From Adineta vaga (Eukaryota > Animalia > Rotifera): 64,000 nt of DNA. The position numbers and the translations under genes are program-made. The stretch is taken from NCBI GenBank assembly GCA_021613535.1, contig CP075492.1, positions 14,055,769 to 14,119,768 on the forward strand, written 5' to 3'. Positions 36,420-47,514 of the stretch are shown piece by piece (the first letter of the stretch is position 1; each line of letters starts with the position of its first letter). The notes beneath the pieces were generated by a model. The model made no database searches. It saw nothing but the letters and a program-made list of their open reading frames with translations, and had not been told where the DNA came from.

Positions 36420-37599
36420 TCACGATTCATAAAATAATTTGGAATTTTCATCAAAATCAACATTAGCGTAATTTTTTTGCATTTTTTGTTTTCGTTGTTG
36501 ATTTACTTTTTTCTTTTTCTGTTTATTTTGTTTGTTGGATGATGCGTGTCGCGTATTACTGTCATCGAAAGACATTGCTGCAATTTGTTTTTGAATACTC
36601 AATAGATCAGTAGCATTGAATACTTGTTTGAATATTCGACACATTTCAAAATTGGTAATTGCAAAAATGATTCGTTTAAATGAATTTCTGTACTCACTGG
36701 ATTCCAGCTGTTCTCGAAAAATCATTGCCACATCAAAGGGATTATTTCTGAATACACCACAACCGAATGCTCCCAAGATAAGTACATCATGTTTGTGTGC
36801 TTTAAAAACATATAACAAACGTTTAACACGTTGTTCCATTGTTATTCGACTTTCTATTCGATCCTTAATCACACCTGCATTAGGAGCAGGAACAGTAAGA
36901 ATACCAACATGATATGGTAGAGATAATAATTCTCCATCGTCATCCTTCGAAAAGAAAACATAGAAAAAAATATTTAATAAAACCTAACTTTCATACCTTG
37001 AAAATTGTAACTCGTGGTGAATAAATCATTCGATGACTATAGTAACCTCGTTCACCATGTCGATTATATCCGTAGTATCCACTCATGAATTGTGGTTGTG
37101 TAATAGCTAGATAAAGTGCTGAAGATCTAGCGATGGATTCTTCTTGTGCTTGTGCACCGCCAAGAAATCCACCGCCAGGATTTTTTGCTGATGCAAAATT
37201 CAATACTCCAATTTGATCTTCATCGACTTCACCAACTAACTCACGTGCTGCTTCTAATGTAGTACAATGTTGTACTTCGATTTTTGTTTGCAAAGTATCA
37301 GAATCGACGCTGAATGATGACGCTGATGAAGTTGATTCATCCAAAATTCTAATCAATTGTTTTATATTCTGCAGATCATCTTCAGTGTACAAAATACTAT
37401 TATTATTAGTAAATGTCACATCATCGGTAAGATTTATTTTAGAACCATCAGATGATTTATACCAACCATTTTTAAGCTTGTCTAGAGTATCTTTTGCAAT
37501 TGATGCACGTTTGGGTCGTGAAGGTTGAACTGAAGATTTAGTGTCTTCAACATCACTGTTCTCATCTATTGTAGTTATATTCGATGCTTGTGCAGCCAT
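36420..37599 (-). CDS. Bacterial-type poly(ADP-ribose) glycohydrolase-like macrodomain protein (DUF2263 / TIGR02452 family). It has 2 exons (37599..36997 and 36944..36420) with an intron at 36945..36996.
   Basis: ...IGVLNFASAKNPGGGFLGGAQAQEESIARSSALY... and, after the splice (FK|gtatga...cgaag|DDDG...), ...HDVLILGAFGCGVFRNNP... These are the two signature blocks of the microbial PARG / TIGR02452 macrodomain. A Lys-rich, NLS-like C-tail follows (KQKKKKVNQQRKQKMQK). Confidence 0.65.
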
Positions 37600-38705
37600 T
37601 GTATTAATCTAATATGAAAAGGAAAAAACTGATCAGTAAATGTATAAATAAAATGCGAAAAATTCGACTGGAAATATAAACAAAGCAGTAGATATTACAT
37701 TGTAAAATGCCCCAGCCATGAAATATACTGACTCGTATAGGTTTTTTTCATGCGCATTGAATAAAAAATAAAAATCATTCTCTCCTTTATACATACATTC
37801 TTGCGCAATCTCTATCGTCACGTAAAAATGACTCATTATTTACTCAACAACAAATCATTGATGAAAGAGTATATTTTCATATCTCGTTGAAATTTTGTTA
37901 ATAAAAGGTTGACCAACTATCACAACGATTTTAATTATCTATTCACAATGGTAAATAATGAATCGTTCGATATTTTACATTCTGAAATGATTAGAAAAAA
38001 CATTGAGTTTCAAATACCTAATAAGATCTTATTGCACTTCCTCTTAAACCATCTGTTTTCCATGGATTATTTGTATCAAGATAATAACAAGTTGATGTGA
38101 ATATTTCCATTTCATAATTTGAAGTAAAATGTACTTGTTTATCTGCAGTTGATGGATTATTCAATGAAGAATTCAAACAAAGATCATTCATTATCAATAA
38201 AATATGTACAAATGCTTTCATTATTCAAATCTTAAACGACACTTTTCGATGATCGAGAGAAAAAATGATGATAAAAAGAAAAGAATAAAACTACTCGATT
38301 GATGAATAAAGAATAGTCCATCCATCATAATTCGGTTTTCTCGAGCGACAATCAATATATACTACTTCTATTTGATATTATGAGTATGGTTATTGGTACA
38401 TAACAATACAGACCATCTCGATTCGTTCTCTTTATGATAGAATCAGTAAGATTGGTCTTTATGAAAAATATTTATATTCATTTTACTATTTCTCTGAATC
38501 GTCTTTGTCTATTCTCACCCTTATCACTGAATGAGATTGCATTTATATGAAGATAATTATAAATGCAACGGCCATAAGATTTCATCCTTCTCTCACTGTC
38601 TCTTATCAAAATTGATAAAAGAAAACGGATCTTCGTTTTTCTTTTAACATACGCATTCACCAACAAGAAGTCTGAAGTAAGTATACAATAGAAAGAGAGT
38701 ATTCA

Positions 38706-39851
38706 ATGAAAGAAATAAGTTTTTTATTAAACATCTTTGCATTATTTCTAATATCGACTCATTCTACTCTTGTAAAATGTCGAGATATTGAAGATATCAT
38801 TTCAAATCCTTATGGAACGAAAACACATGGACCAAACAAATCTCTGGATGAGCTTCGTGAACAAATGATTAATCTTCATTATTCCAACAATCTTACTTAT
38901 TTCAATAACATTACATATGAAACGTACAACATCAGTAAACAAGAAGGAAGATCTGCACGTTTTATGAAAAGAGAAATTGGAATTGATTTTAATAGTCAAT
39001 TAATTAACGGTCGATTCTATCGATTAGAAAATCCATTAGAACATTTCTCCATATTAGAACCCGCAAATGGATGTAATAATGGCACAACTTTGACAAGACA
39101 AACTGCTGAACAACGAAAATGTATTATTGCTACAAATGCAGGATTTTTCAATACTAAAACAGGTAATTGTCTCGGTAATGTTATCAGTGATGGAAGAATT
39201 ATTCAAAAGTCTGGTACACATAATGCTAATTTTGGTATTACAAAAGATGGTAGATTTGTTATTGGATATATAGATATCTCTCAAATAGCTGAATTCGACC
39301 AATTAGTCGGAGGTGTAATATGGTTAGTTAGAAATGGATTATCCTATGTGAATATAAGTGAAACATTAGAAGATATGTCCACACAAGAAACAGGTCCAAC
39401 TTTTGTAACAGTTAGAGCAGGACGAGTTGCTTTAGGTCATGATGTCGATGGTAGAATTATGATATTAGTTATGGATGGAACATCATCATATAAAAAAGGT
39501 CCAAATTTACATGAAATGGCACAATTAATGATCGATTTGGGAGCTGTAAATGCCATCAATTTAGATGGTGGTGGAAGTAGTACAGCAATAGAAAATGGTT
39601 CTCTCGTTAATTATGTCAGTGATTCTTGTCCAGGATCAGATATTGAAAATTCGATATCACGCTGCGAAAGACGTGTAACGACTATCACTTGTATCTACGA
39701 TATTTTAGAAAAGAACGATCGTGAAACAAATTGGAAATCATTAACAATAATCTTTGGATCTATCAGTGCAGTAATGCTCATCGTGACTATACTGATGAGT
39801 ATTGCTTTCATACTATTACGACGAAAATATCAATCTCATTGTCGTAGATGA
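38706..39851 (+). CDS. Phosphodiester glycosidase family protein (NAGPA / 'uncovering enzyme'-like domain, Pfam DUF2233), with a signal peptide and a C-terminal TM anchor. Single exon, 381 aa.
   Basis: ATNAGFFNTKTG...NANFGITKDGRFVIG...GGVIWLVRNG...AINLDGGGSST are the conserved blocks of this family. N-terminal signal MKEISFLLNIFALFLIST; C-terminal TM IIFGSISAVMLIVTILMSIAFILL. Confidence 0.65.
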   Translation: MKEISFLLNIFALFLISTHSTLVKCRDIEDIISNPYGTKTHGPNKSLDELREQMINLHYSNNLTYFNNITYETYNISKQEGRSARFMKREIGIDFNSQLINGRFYRLENPLEHFSILEPANGCNNGTTLTRQTAEQRKCIIATNAGFFNTKTGNCLGNVISDGRIIQKSGTHNANFGITKDGRFVIGYIDISQIAEFDQLVGGVIWLVRNGLSYVNISETLEDMSTQETGPTFVTVRAGRVALGHDVDGRIMILVMDGTSSYKKGPNLHEMAQLMIDLGAVNAINLDGGGSSTAIENGSLVNYVSDSCPGSDIENSISRCERRVTTITCIYDILEKNDRETNWKSLTIIFGSISAVMLIVTILMSIAFILLRRKYQSHCRR

Positions 39852-40108
39852 GTATTAACTTCATTTGAATTCTTTAACATTTATGAACTAATAGTATGCT
39901 TTTCATATACCGAGAATGTAATATTCATCAGCAGAGGTATTTTCTTCTACACATTTGTTGTTGTCAAAAGGTAACCAGATTGTATGTCTGATTGGTTCTC
40001 TGTCGCTTGGTGAAAGAAAAAGAAAAAAAATTTATTTTGCTAAAACAAATAATAGAGAAAGTAGAAAAATGAAATTCTTTCCTCATTTTTCTTTTCTAGA
40101 GAAAAAGA

Positions 40109-42105
40109 ATGATGGATGCAAATGATTTTACTTATTTGGATGAAAATATAACGCCATATCTAAAATGTGGAATATGTAAAAATCCATTCATTGATCCTGT
40201 AACTTTATCTTCTTCATGTCAACAAACATTTTGTCGACAATGTATTGAAACAAATTATGAAACTCATGTTACTAATTGTCATCATTGTCATGGAAAATCT
40301 TTATCAAAAGAAGATTTCAAATCCGAAGGTACTGTGATCAATCGAATCCTGAATGATTTTGATGTAAAATGTGCTCATTGTTCTCAAGAAAATATTAAAC
40401 GAGAAAATTTCTCACAACATTTGAAAGAAATTTGTCCTAAAAGAATTATTTTTTGTTCTGCAAAAGATGTCAATTGTGAATGGAATGGACCATATGATCA
40501 ATCAGATCAACATATAAATACTTGTCCATATGAACAACTTCGATCACAGTTAACTGAACTTCTTAATGATAAACAATCTCTTGTTCAGCTACGAAATGAT
40601 TATGAAAATTTAAAAGAGAAATCCAAACAAATTGAAGATGAAAATCAAATGTTAAAGGAAGACGTCAAACAAATGACAATTTTAACTCAACAATTGAATG
40701 ATCAATCAGTCGAAAATAAGAAACTAGAACAAGAGATAATTCTTCTCAATCAACAGAAAGACACACTTGAAAAAGAATTTAAATCTATTCAAGAAAAAAT
40801 GAACAACGCATCTAGTGAACTCGATCAATTAAATGAACAAATAAATCGATTAAAACCCTTCGAAAATGAAAATGAACAAATAAAACGTGAAAATCAATCT
40901 TTACAAGACAAATATGAAGTTAATCATCTTGAATCGATCAAATGTCAAGAATCTTTACAAGAAATAACAAAACAATTAACTGACCAAACAATTCTCAACA
41001 ACAAATTCAAACTCTTGCGGAAGCAAATCAAGATTTAAGAGAAAAATATGAAGCAAATCATCTTGAATTGATCAAATGTCAAGAATCTTTACAAGAAACA
41101 ACAAAACAATCAATTGATCAAACAAATCTCCAGCAACAAATTCAAACTCTTGCGGAAGCAAATCAAGATTTAAGAGAAAAATTCGACGAACTTCAACCGA
41201 TAAAACAAGATTATCAAACTTTATTGCAATGTTTTCCCACACTTCAAAAAGAAAATGATCATCTCAAACAACAACTCATTCATTTCGATCGTTGTCAAAT
41301 TGATAATCAACAATTGAAACAAAACCAAATTACCTACGAAAGACAACTTGAACAAAATATCATCAAAATTCAACGTTTAGAAATGAAAATAAACAAACCA
41401 ATATTTCAATTAAATGATAAAAACATTTTCGATTTTGAGAACAATTATCGTAATCCTAATCTTGAACAATTCATAGAAAATTGTCAACAAAGCTCCTTAT
41501 TAAATTTAAATAATGAAAAATTGACTGAAAATGATATGCATTTAATTATTTCTTATTATTTAATTACATCACAATATCAATCATTGATTCTATGGAATAA
41601 TACTTTAACAGAGAAATCATTTATTAAATTCTTTTCTTCTTTAAGAATGAATAATATCTTAACTGATTTATCGATATCAAAAAATCAATTATCTGATCAA
41701 GCAATGAAACATTTATCCGAAGCACTTTCATATCATAATTCAACATTGAAACGATTAATTTTGAATGCAAATCAAATAACCGATCAAGGTTTTATTTATT
41801 TATCGACTATGTTGAAATCAAATGAAACAATTCTGGCAATTGGTTTACATGAAAATGATATTACTGATCAATCAATGAAATATTTTTGTCAAGTCTTACG
41901 ATCCTTTAATAAAACTCTCGAAGAAATAAGTTTATATTCGAATAAATCAATTACAGATGCAAGTATTGATGATATTAATGATATGTTAACTGCCAATCAA
42001 TCATTGAAAGTATTATGGATTGATGATTGTCAATTTTCTCAACAAGGAAAATTTAAACTTCAACAATCTACTGAAAATAAAACTGATTTTGATTTAAAAA
42101 TCTAG
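40109..42105 (+). CDS. TRAF-like protein with a RING finger, TRAF-type zinc fingers and a long coiled coil, fused to an RNI-type leucine-rich-repeat C-terminal domain. The reading frame is broken at 41036 by a 1-nt deletion in a tandemly duplicated 135-bp segment (ORFs 40109..41038 and 41068..42105).
   Basis: RING CGICKNPF...C.QTFCRQC...CHHC. TRAF-ZnF KCAHCSQ..H..ICPKRIIFC and FCSAKDVNCEW.....H..TCPY. Heptad-rich QLTELLNDKQSL...ENQMLKEDVK... RNI-like LRRs ...LSISKNQLSDQAMKHLSEAL....LKRLILNANQITDQGFIYLSTML... are seen directly. Confidence 0.55.
40910..41181. repeat. Tandem duplication of a 135-bp (45-codon) coiled-coil-encoding unit. Copy 1 is 134 bp and copy 2 is 135 bp.
   Basis: aaatatgaag(t/c)(t/a)aatcatcttgaat(c/t)gatcaaatgtcaagaatctttacaagaaa(t/c)aacaaaacaat... 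occurs twice. Copy 1 has caaacaa-ttctc where copy 2 has caaacaaatctcc. Confidence 0.85.
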
Positions 42106-42840
42106 ACAACATCAAGGACTGATACATTCCTACCCATATTTCATGTAGTATGCAATAAAATAAAAAGTTTATAAACATACACATCATCTATCTTTCTATG
42201 TATAAAAGATGATTTATCTCATAATACGTCAATCGTATTGGTTAATTCAGTTTTATCGTTAGTTCATATTTTCTGTCGGTTTGGGGTCTAATAAGATTTA
42301 AATAAAGAATATTAGTGAATGATGTTGGTAGCCAATAATGTAGAGATAAAACTGTGGACATCACTAACGGTAACCAATCCTTTTCCATCTCTCTCTGAAC
42401 AAAGCATCAAATGAACAGAATGACTCTTTACTTTATTTCTTTCTTCTTTTCGTGACCTTTCTCTTCTCATTCTTGGATGAACGATTCATTTGATTCAGAA
42501 ATAAAGTCAAAGTAGCAAGCACCGGTAAGTAATAAACCTTTACACTACTATTGTTTTCATCGATGTTATATCGTTCATACTTCTCATGTGTACATTTATA
42601 TATTTCTTTATTTTGTTTCATACATTCTTTTCTTATAGTATTATTTTGCCGTAAGATCATAGTCTCTCACATAAGAAGTCATGTATGATTATATAAAATA
42701 AAAGAACACTTCAATATCTTTTTGTTTCATCGGAAGTGCAATACGCATCAATTTTTTACTTTTTAGATATGTTATTGAAATCTTACTCAAATAACAATTA
42801 GAATCTTAATTATGACAACATTTTTGGCGTCTTTTGGGCT

Positions 42841-43946
42841 TTGAGATGTGATTTTCGAGGAAATGATCTTTTCAACGTTCCAAGTCCACCGGAATTATGC
42901 GGCGGAAAATGTGATGAAACAGAAGCATGCACTCATTTTGCATGGACCAATTGGCAGGGTGGTACATGCTGGATGAAAGCAGATTCAATTTCTAAATCTG
43001 ATGCTTTTATAAGTGAAGACCCGTCTGCGGTATGTGGTGTAAAGGCAAAGGATAACACCACACCTGCTCAACACAGGTAAGAAAATGTTTCTAGTATTAT
43101 TTATTTTGAGTTGTTCAACTTTCTTCACTGATACTCGAGAACATGTCGGAGTGACTGATTTTGGTCGCATTTCATTTATATCAATATCACATCTAAAATC
43201 TATTTTATCGTAGTTCAAGTAAACGAGGTATTGCATGGCCAATGGAAAATAAAGAAGATAATCCAAATGTTTTTGCTGGTGGAAAAATCTCATGGATTTA
43301 TAATTGGTCACCATACATGACGAATATTGCTGGTGCTGAATTTGTTCCCATGCTATGGAGTATTAATAAAGGTCATGATGGAAATCAATTTCTTGATCTA
43401 GCAAAAGATGCCAAAGTCGTACTTGGTTTCAATGAACCGGAACGTGGAGAGCAAGCGCAGATGAATCCGACGGAAGCAGCACATGCTTGGAAAAAATACA
43501 TTGAACCACTTAGACAACAAGGTGCTCGACTTGGTTCACCAGCCATTGCTTCGACTAATGAAGGTTTAAATTGGTTAGAACAATTTCTTCAAGAATTAAA
43601 TAAAGTTGGCGGACAAATTGATTTTCTTGCTTTGCATTGGTATGGACGAGGTACTGATAATTTTATCAATTGGATTACACATGTTCGTAGTCAACTGGGT
43701 AATAAATATCCTGTCTGGATAACAGAATTTGCTTGTACATCGTGGAATCCACAACAACCAGTACCCCAAGACGAAGTGTTTGATTTTATGAGACTGGCAA
43801 AACTTGATTCACTAGACTGGGTTGAACGCTATGCTTGGTTTGGTGCACAACGTCAACTCGATGCTGCACTCGGTTCAGTCAATTGTTTACTTAAAGCAGA
43901 TGGAAACTTATCTGATTTAGGTCAAAAGTATGTTCACGATTTCTAA
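42841..43946 (+). CDS. PAN/apple-domain plus glycoside-hydrolase catalytic-core (Glyco_hydro_cc / GH128-like) protein. It has 2 visible exons (..43076 and 43214..43946) with an intron at 43077..43213. The true 5' end and signal peptide are not resolved.
   Basis: Exon 1 has CGGKCDETEACTHFAWTNWQGGTCWMK, a PAN/apple Cys pattern. Donor AG|GTAAGA and acceptor tatcgtag| lead into exon 2, which has KRGIAW..., LGFNEPE (the NEP catalytic acid), WITEFAC (the TE nucleophile) and HWYG. Confidence 0.65.
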
Positions 43947-44096
43947 AATAAAGACAGACATGAATATGAAATGGAACTTTTTTTCACGCATAAATTCTCC
44001 TATTTATTAGTAAAAAAAAAGGCAGAAACTGTATCGTTTCATGTTCATAAACAATGAATATATAGGAACTGAAAGAACACACACAATAAAATATAA

Positions 44097-44777
44097 TTAA
44101 ACGACAGGTGTTGTATACTCATCATATTGAATTTGATAACCAAGAATAAGTGCAACTGTTTGAAAGATCTGACTAAATATTGTATTAAATATTCTTGGAA
44201 GATCACATCGATATATATCATGACCAATTTGAACCTGAAGTGTGGCTAGAAGACTTGGACTATCACGTCGAACACCATTTATATTTTCAAAATAAGAATC
44301 AGCACTTCTACCGGGTATCATTCCATGATCATTATAAAGTGTTATATATACTATCAAATCATCGTCACCTGCACTCCAAAATGTATGACATATACCTTTT
44401 GGTATGAATAAATGTTCATTGATTTCTATTGTACCATTTGTACCATTTAACATGTAACCTAGTCGACCTTTTCTAACATCGAATCTTTCATTTTGTTTGA
44501 GATGATAATGTATCGGTGGAGTACAAGGTCGTTTCAATGGATGTGCATTTGTTAAAGAATTACCACATGGACCATCGTGTTTGATGGTTTGTTTGATTGT
44601 TGAATGTGTATGACTAGTTTCATTTGATCTTAAAATAAATTCGATAACATCTCCTTCATGATGAGAATTTACTGGAATAATTCGTTGGCCAGCAGTGTAA
44701 GTACGTTGTACTTTATCTTGACGAATGTACACTAAAACTATTGATAATACAACAAAAATAAGAGCAGCACGTTTCAT
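44097..44777 (-). CDS. Cupin-fold secreted or anchored protein, single exon, 226 aa.
   Basis: N-terminal hydrophobic anchor, then PIHYHLKQNERFDVRKGRLGYMLNGTNGTIEINEHLFIPKGICHTFWS, which fits the cupin two-motif pattern (H-x-H...E ... H). The assignment is tentative. Confidence 0.3.
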   Translation of the reverse strand: MKRAALIFVVLSIVLVYIRQDKVQRTYTAGQRIIPVNSHHEGDVIEFILRSNETSHTHSTIKQTIKHDGPCGNSLTNAHPLKRPCTPPIHYHLKQNERFDVRKGRLGYMLNGTNGTIEINEHLFIPKGICHTFWSAGDDDLIVYITLYNDHGMIPGRSADSYFENINGVRRDSPSLLATLQVQIGHDIYRCDLPRIFNTIFSQIFQTVALILGYQIQYDEYTTPVV

Positions 44778-45060
44778 TTCTTTTCTCTTTCTCTATGCTT
44801 ATTGCATACGAATATATTTTATACTACGAACAAACGCACATGGTTGTGTTTTCTTTCTTATCTAAATATATTCATCATATAAACTTCAATGTTTCGTTTC
44901 TCTCATATATTAAAAGGGTATAAAGAAAATACATTCGAAAAAGTATTAGAGAAGTTGATTGAAATAGTAACATTTCTTTAACTAACAATCTAATAGAAAA
45001 TAATACACTTAGTTTATATAGATTGTTCTGAAAAACTTGTTATGATCATCACTTTTTATA

Positions 45061-45669
45061 TCAACGTTTGTCGTTGGTTAATTTCTCTGTATGATGAATA
45101 ATTGTTAAAGGCAAGAGAAAAAAAGCATCGGGTAATTTGTTAGTGAAGATTTTCACATCATATTTATATTTGGTTCCACTACGCCAAAAAGAACGATAAC
45201 GAAATTGCCCAACTAATTGCTCTGGCGATTCTTTATAGATTTTGATTGTTTTTATAAATGATCGACTTTTTATAACGAAACGTTCATCGTTCCATCGTAG
45301 GTTATAAGTATATGATAAGAAGCTCTTAGAAAGCGTCATAGTTCCATCAACCCATCTATCTGATTTTGGATCATAAATAGACAGAGAAACATTAAAGATA
45401 CCATCAATCCATTGACCTTCGACGTTAGCCATCATTGTCTTAGCTCGATAATCAAAAAGTGTAATCGTATCAATATCCGATGACGTTGTTCGAATTAAAT
45501 ACAAACGATTTTTTTCTCGTGTATCATAAGCTGTAAAATCAGTTAAAGGTTTTGGTTTCGGTGGTTTATCTTGGATGACTACAAATGATCGATACACTGT
45601 TTCAGATTTAATACATTTAATCGTTAAAATAAATAGTAATAATACCAAAGAAAATAACTTCGATTCCAT
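45061..45669 (-). CDS. Secreted protein of unknown function, single exon, 202 aa.
   Basis: Signal peptide MESKLFSLVLLLFILTIKC. No recognisable domain. Confidence 0.3.
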   Translation of the reverse strand: MESKLFSLVLLLFILTIKCIKSETVYRSFVVIQDKPPKPKPLTDFTAYDTREKNRLYLIRTTSSDIDTITLFDYRAKTMMANVEGQWIDGIFNVSLSIYDPKSDRWVDGTMTLSKSFLSYTYNLRWNDERFVIKSRSFIKTIKIYKESPEQLVGQFRYRSFWRSGTKYKYDVKIFTNKLPDAFFLLPLTIIHHTEKLTNDKR

Positions 45670-46029
45670 GACAAGAACAACAAAATGCTTATGTACTCGT
45701 TATTTTTTTTCCTTGGTTTATATGTTTTATATTTGTCAGCACTAAGAAAGATATACTATATCATCAACTGTAAGAGATAACTGTCCTGATGGAAATAAGT
45801 AACGTATATTTAATGATAAATAGAATGTCGACTTGATCCTTTGTTCATTGTATGCCATGGAAGAAAAAGAAAAAAAGATATTCATAAATGGGGCAAGATT
45901 GTGATAATTTGATGAAAGGAGAAAAAGAAAAGATAAAAGGAAGAAATAGCACATCGATTAAGTTACATTATAAATTATCTGTCTGTTGGTTTAGTTTTTA
46001 GAAAATTATTTTAAGTTTTCGATTCAATC

Positions 46030-47514
46030 TTCTTATTTCCAATAGATGACTTTCTCCATCATCACCGATTTGATTAAAACGAAGATCCAAAAAGATTAAT
46101 GTCTATATATTACAGAAATATGTCAATTAAAATCTCGAATAAGAATATACGTCTTACTTTATTTTGACGAAGAACATTTGCAAGAGATATTGCTCCTTGA
46201 TCACCAATTTGATTGCTTTTTAAATATAGGGTTGTCAGAGTCTATACGAAGAGAATTTCAAAGAGGAAATGAAAAACATCAAAAGAAATAGTTATACTTT
46301 ATTTTGAACGAGAACATGAGCAAGGTATTCTGCTCCTTGATCGCTAATTTGATTCTTTTTCAAACTAAGTGTCGTAAGAGTCTGATGTAGATAAAGAGAG
46401 ATGTTGAGAAAATCAAATGAATAAAAATTACTTTATTTTGTTGTAATGCTTCAGCGAAATGTCGAACTCCTTCATCAGTAATAGGATTTTGAGCAACATA
46501 AAGTGTAGTAAGTGTCTGAGAGAAACGAAGAGATTAAACATATAGGTAAGATGAATATGTGTATTACATGATTATTTTGTAAAGCATTAGCAAGATATTG
46601 TGCTCCTTGATGACCAATTTGATTTTCTGCGAGATAAAGTGTAGTGAGTGTCTGTGAAAAGTAATAAAGAAATTGATGAAAAAGAACCTGAATTTGATTA
46701 GATATTGTTACGTGATTTTGTTGAAGAGCAGCAGCAAGATGTTTCACTCCTTGATCAGTGATTTGATTACGTATTAGATTCAATCTGGCCAAAGTCTATG
46801 TTAAACAATCATTGAATGATAATAACGAATTGAAAAAGAATGATTACTTTATTATATCGTAGTGTATCAGCAAAATGTCGAGCTCCTTCATCACCAATTT
46901 GATTCAAATGAAGATTTAGTCGTGTTAATGTCTATATATCGAGAAAAAAATACAAATAAAAATATACAATAATAATACTTGATTTCGTTTTAGTGAATTA
47001 GCAAGATATTCAGCTCCTTTCGGACCAATTTTATTCAAATGAAGACTCAATTTGAGTAATGTTTGGTTTTGTTCTAAACCATCAGCAATATAACATATTG
47101 TTTGATCATCGATTTCATTAATTCCAATATCAAGTGTAATGATTGTCTGTAAAGGAATAAATCATTAGGAGAATGAAAGATACAAAACTGAAATATTTAT
47201 ACTTTGTTTTGTTTGAGAACATTGCCAAGATTTATTATCTGTTGTAGACTCAAATTACTGTTACACAATTGAAATGTAGTCAATGCCTATAACATTAAAA
47301 TATTCAATTTATACTTGCAATTCGTATAGCTATATTAAAGTAATGGAAAAAAATCGTATACCTTGTAACGACGATAGTTGTCCATCATTTTATTCATACT
47401 TGTACAAACATTTCTCATTGTACAAAGTATCGTAAAATCATCCAGATAATTTAAAATTCGATAGAAAACATCTATCGGTAATGTATGAAGATTTTGTTTG
47501 ATTTGATCAGTCAT
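46030..47514 (-). CDS. F-box / RNI-type LRR protein built from about 9 short exons, each encoding one ~28-residue LRR, separated by ~45–60-nt introns.
   Basis: The first exon (minus strand from 47514) reads MTDQIKQNLHTLPIDVFYRILNYLDDFTILCTMRNVCTSMNKMMDNYRRYK, an F-box, with donor GTATAC. The downstream exons repeat ...L..L.L..N.IGD.GA..LA.AL..N.TLT... with a nucleotide period of ~130 nt (for example 46190–46250, 46320–46385, 46455–46520, 46590–46660, 46720–46800, 46860–46935, 46985–47060). Confidence 0.6.

Noticed and set aside
42812-42844. Short upstream ATG (MTTFLASFGL*) as a signal-peptide exon of the PAN/GH128 gene
   Set aside because: It is in a different frame with an immediate stop and has no usable GT donor giving frame continuity, so the 5' end was left unresolved.
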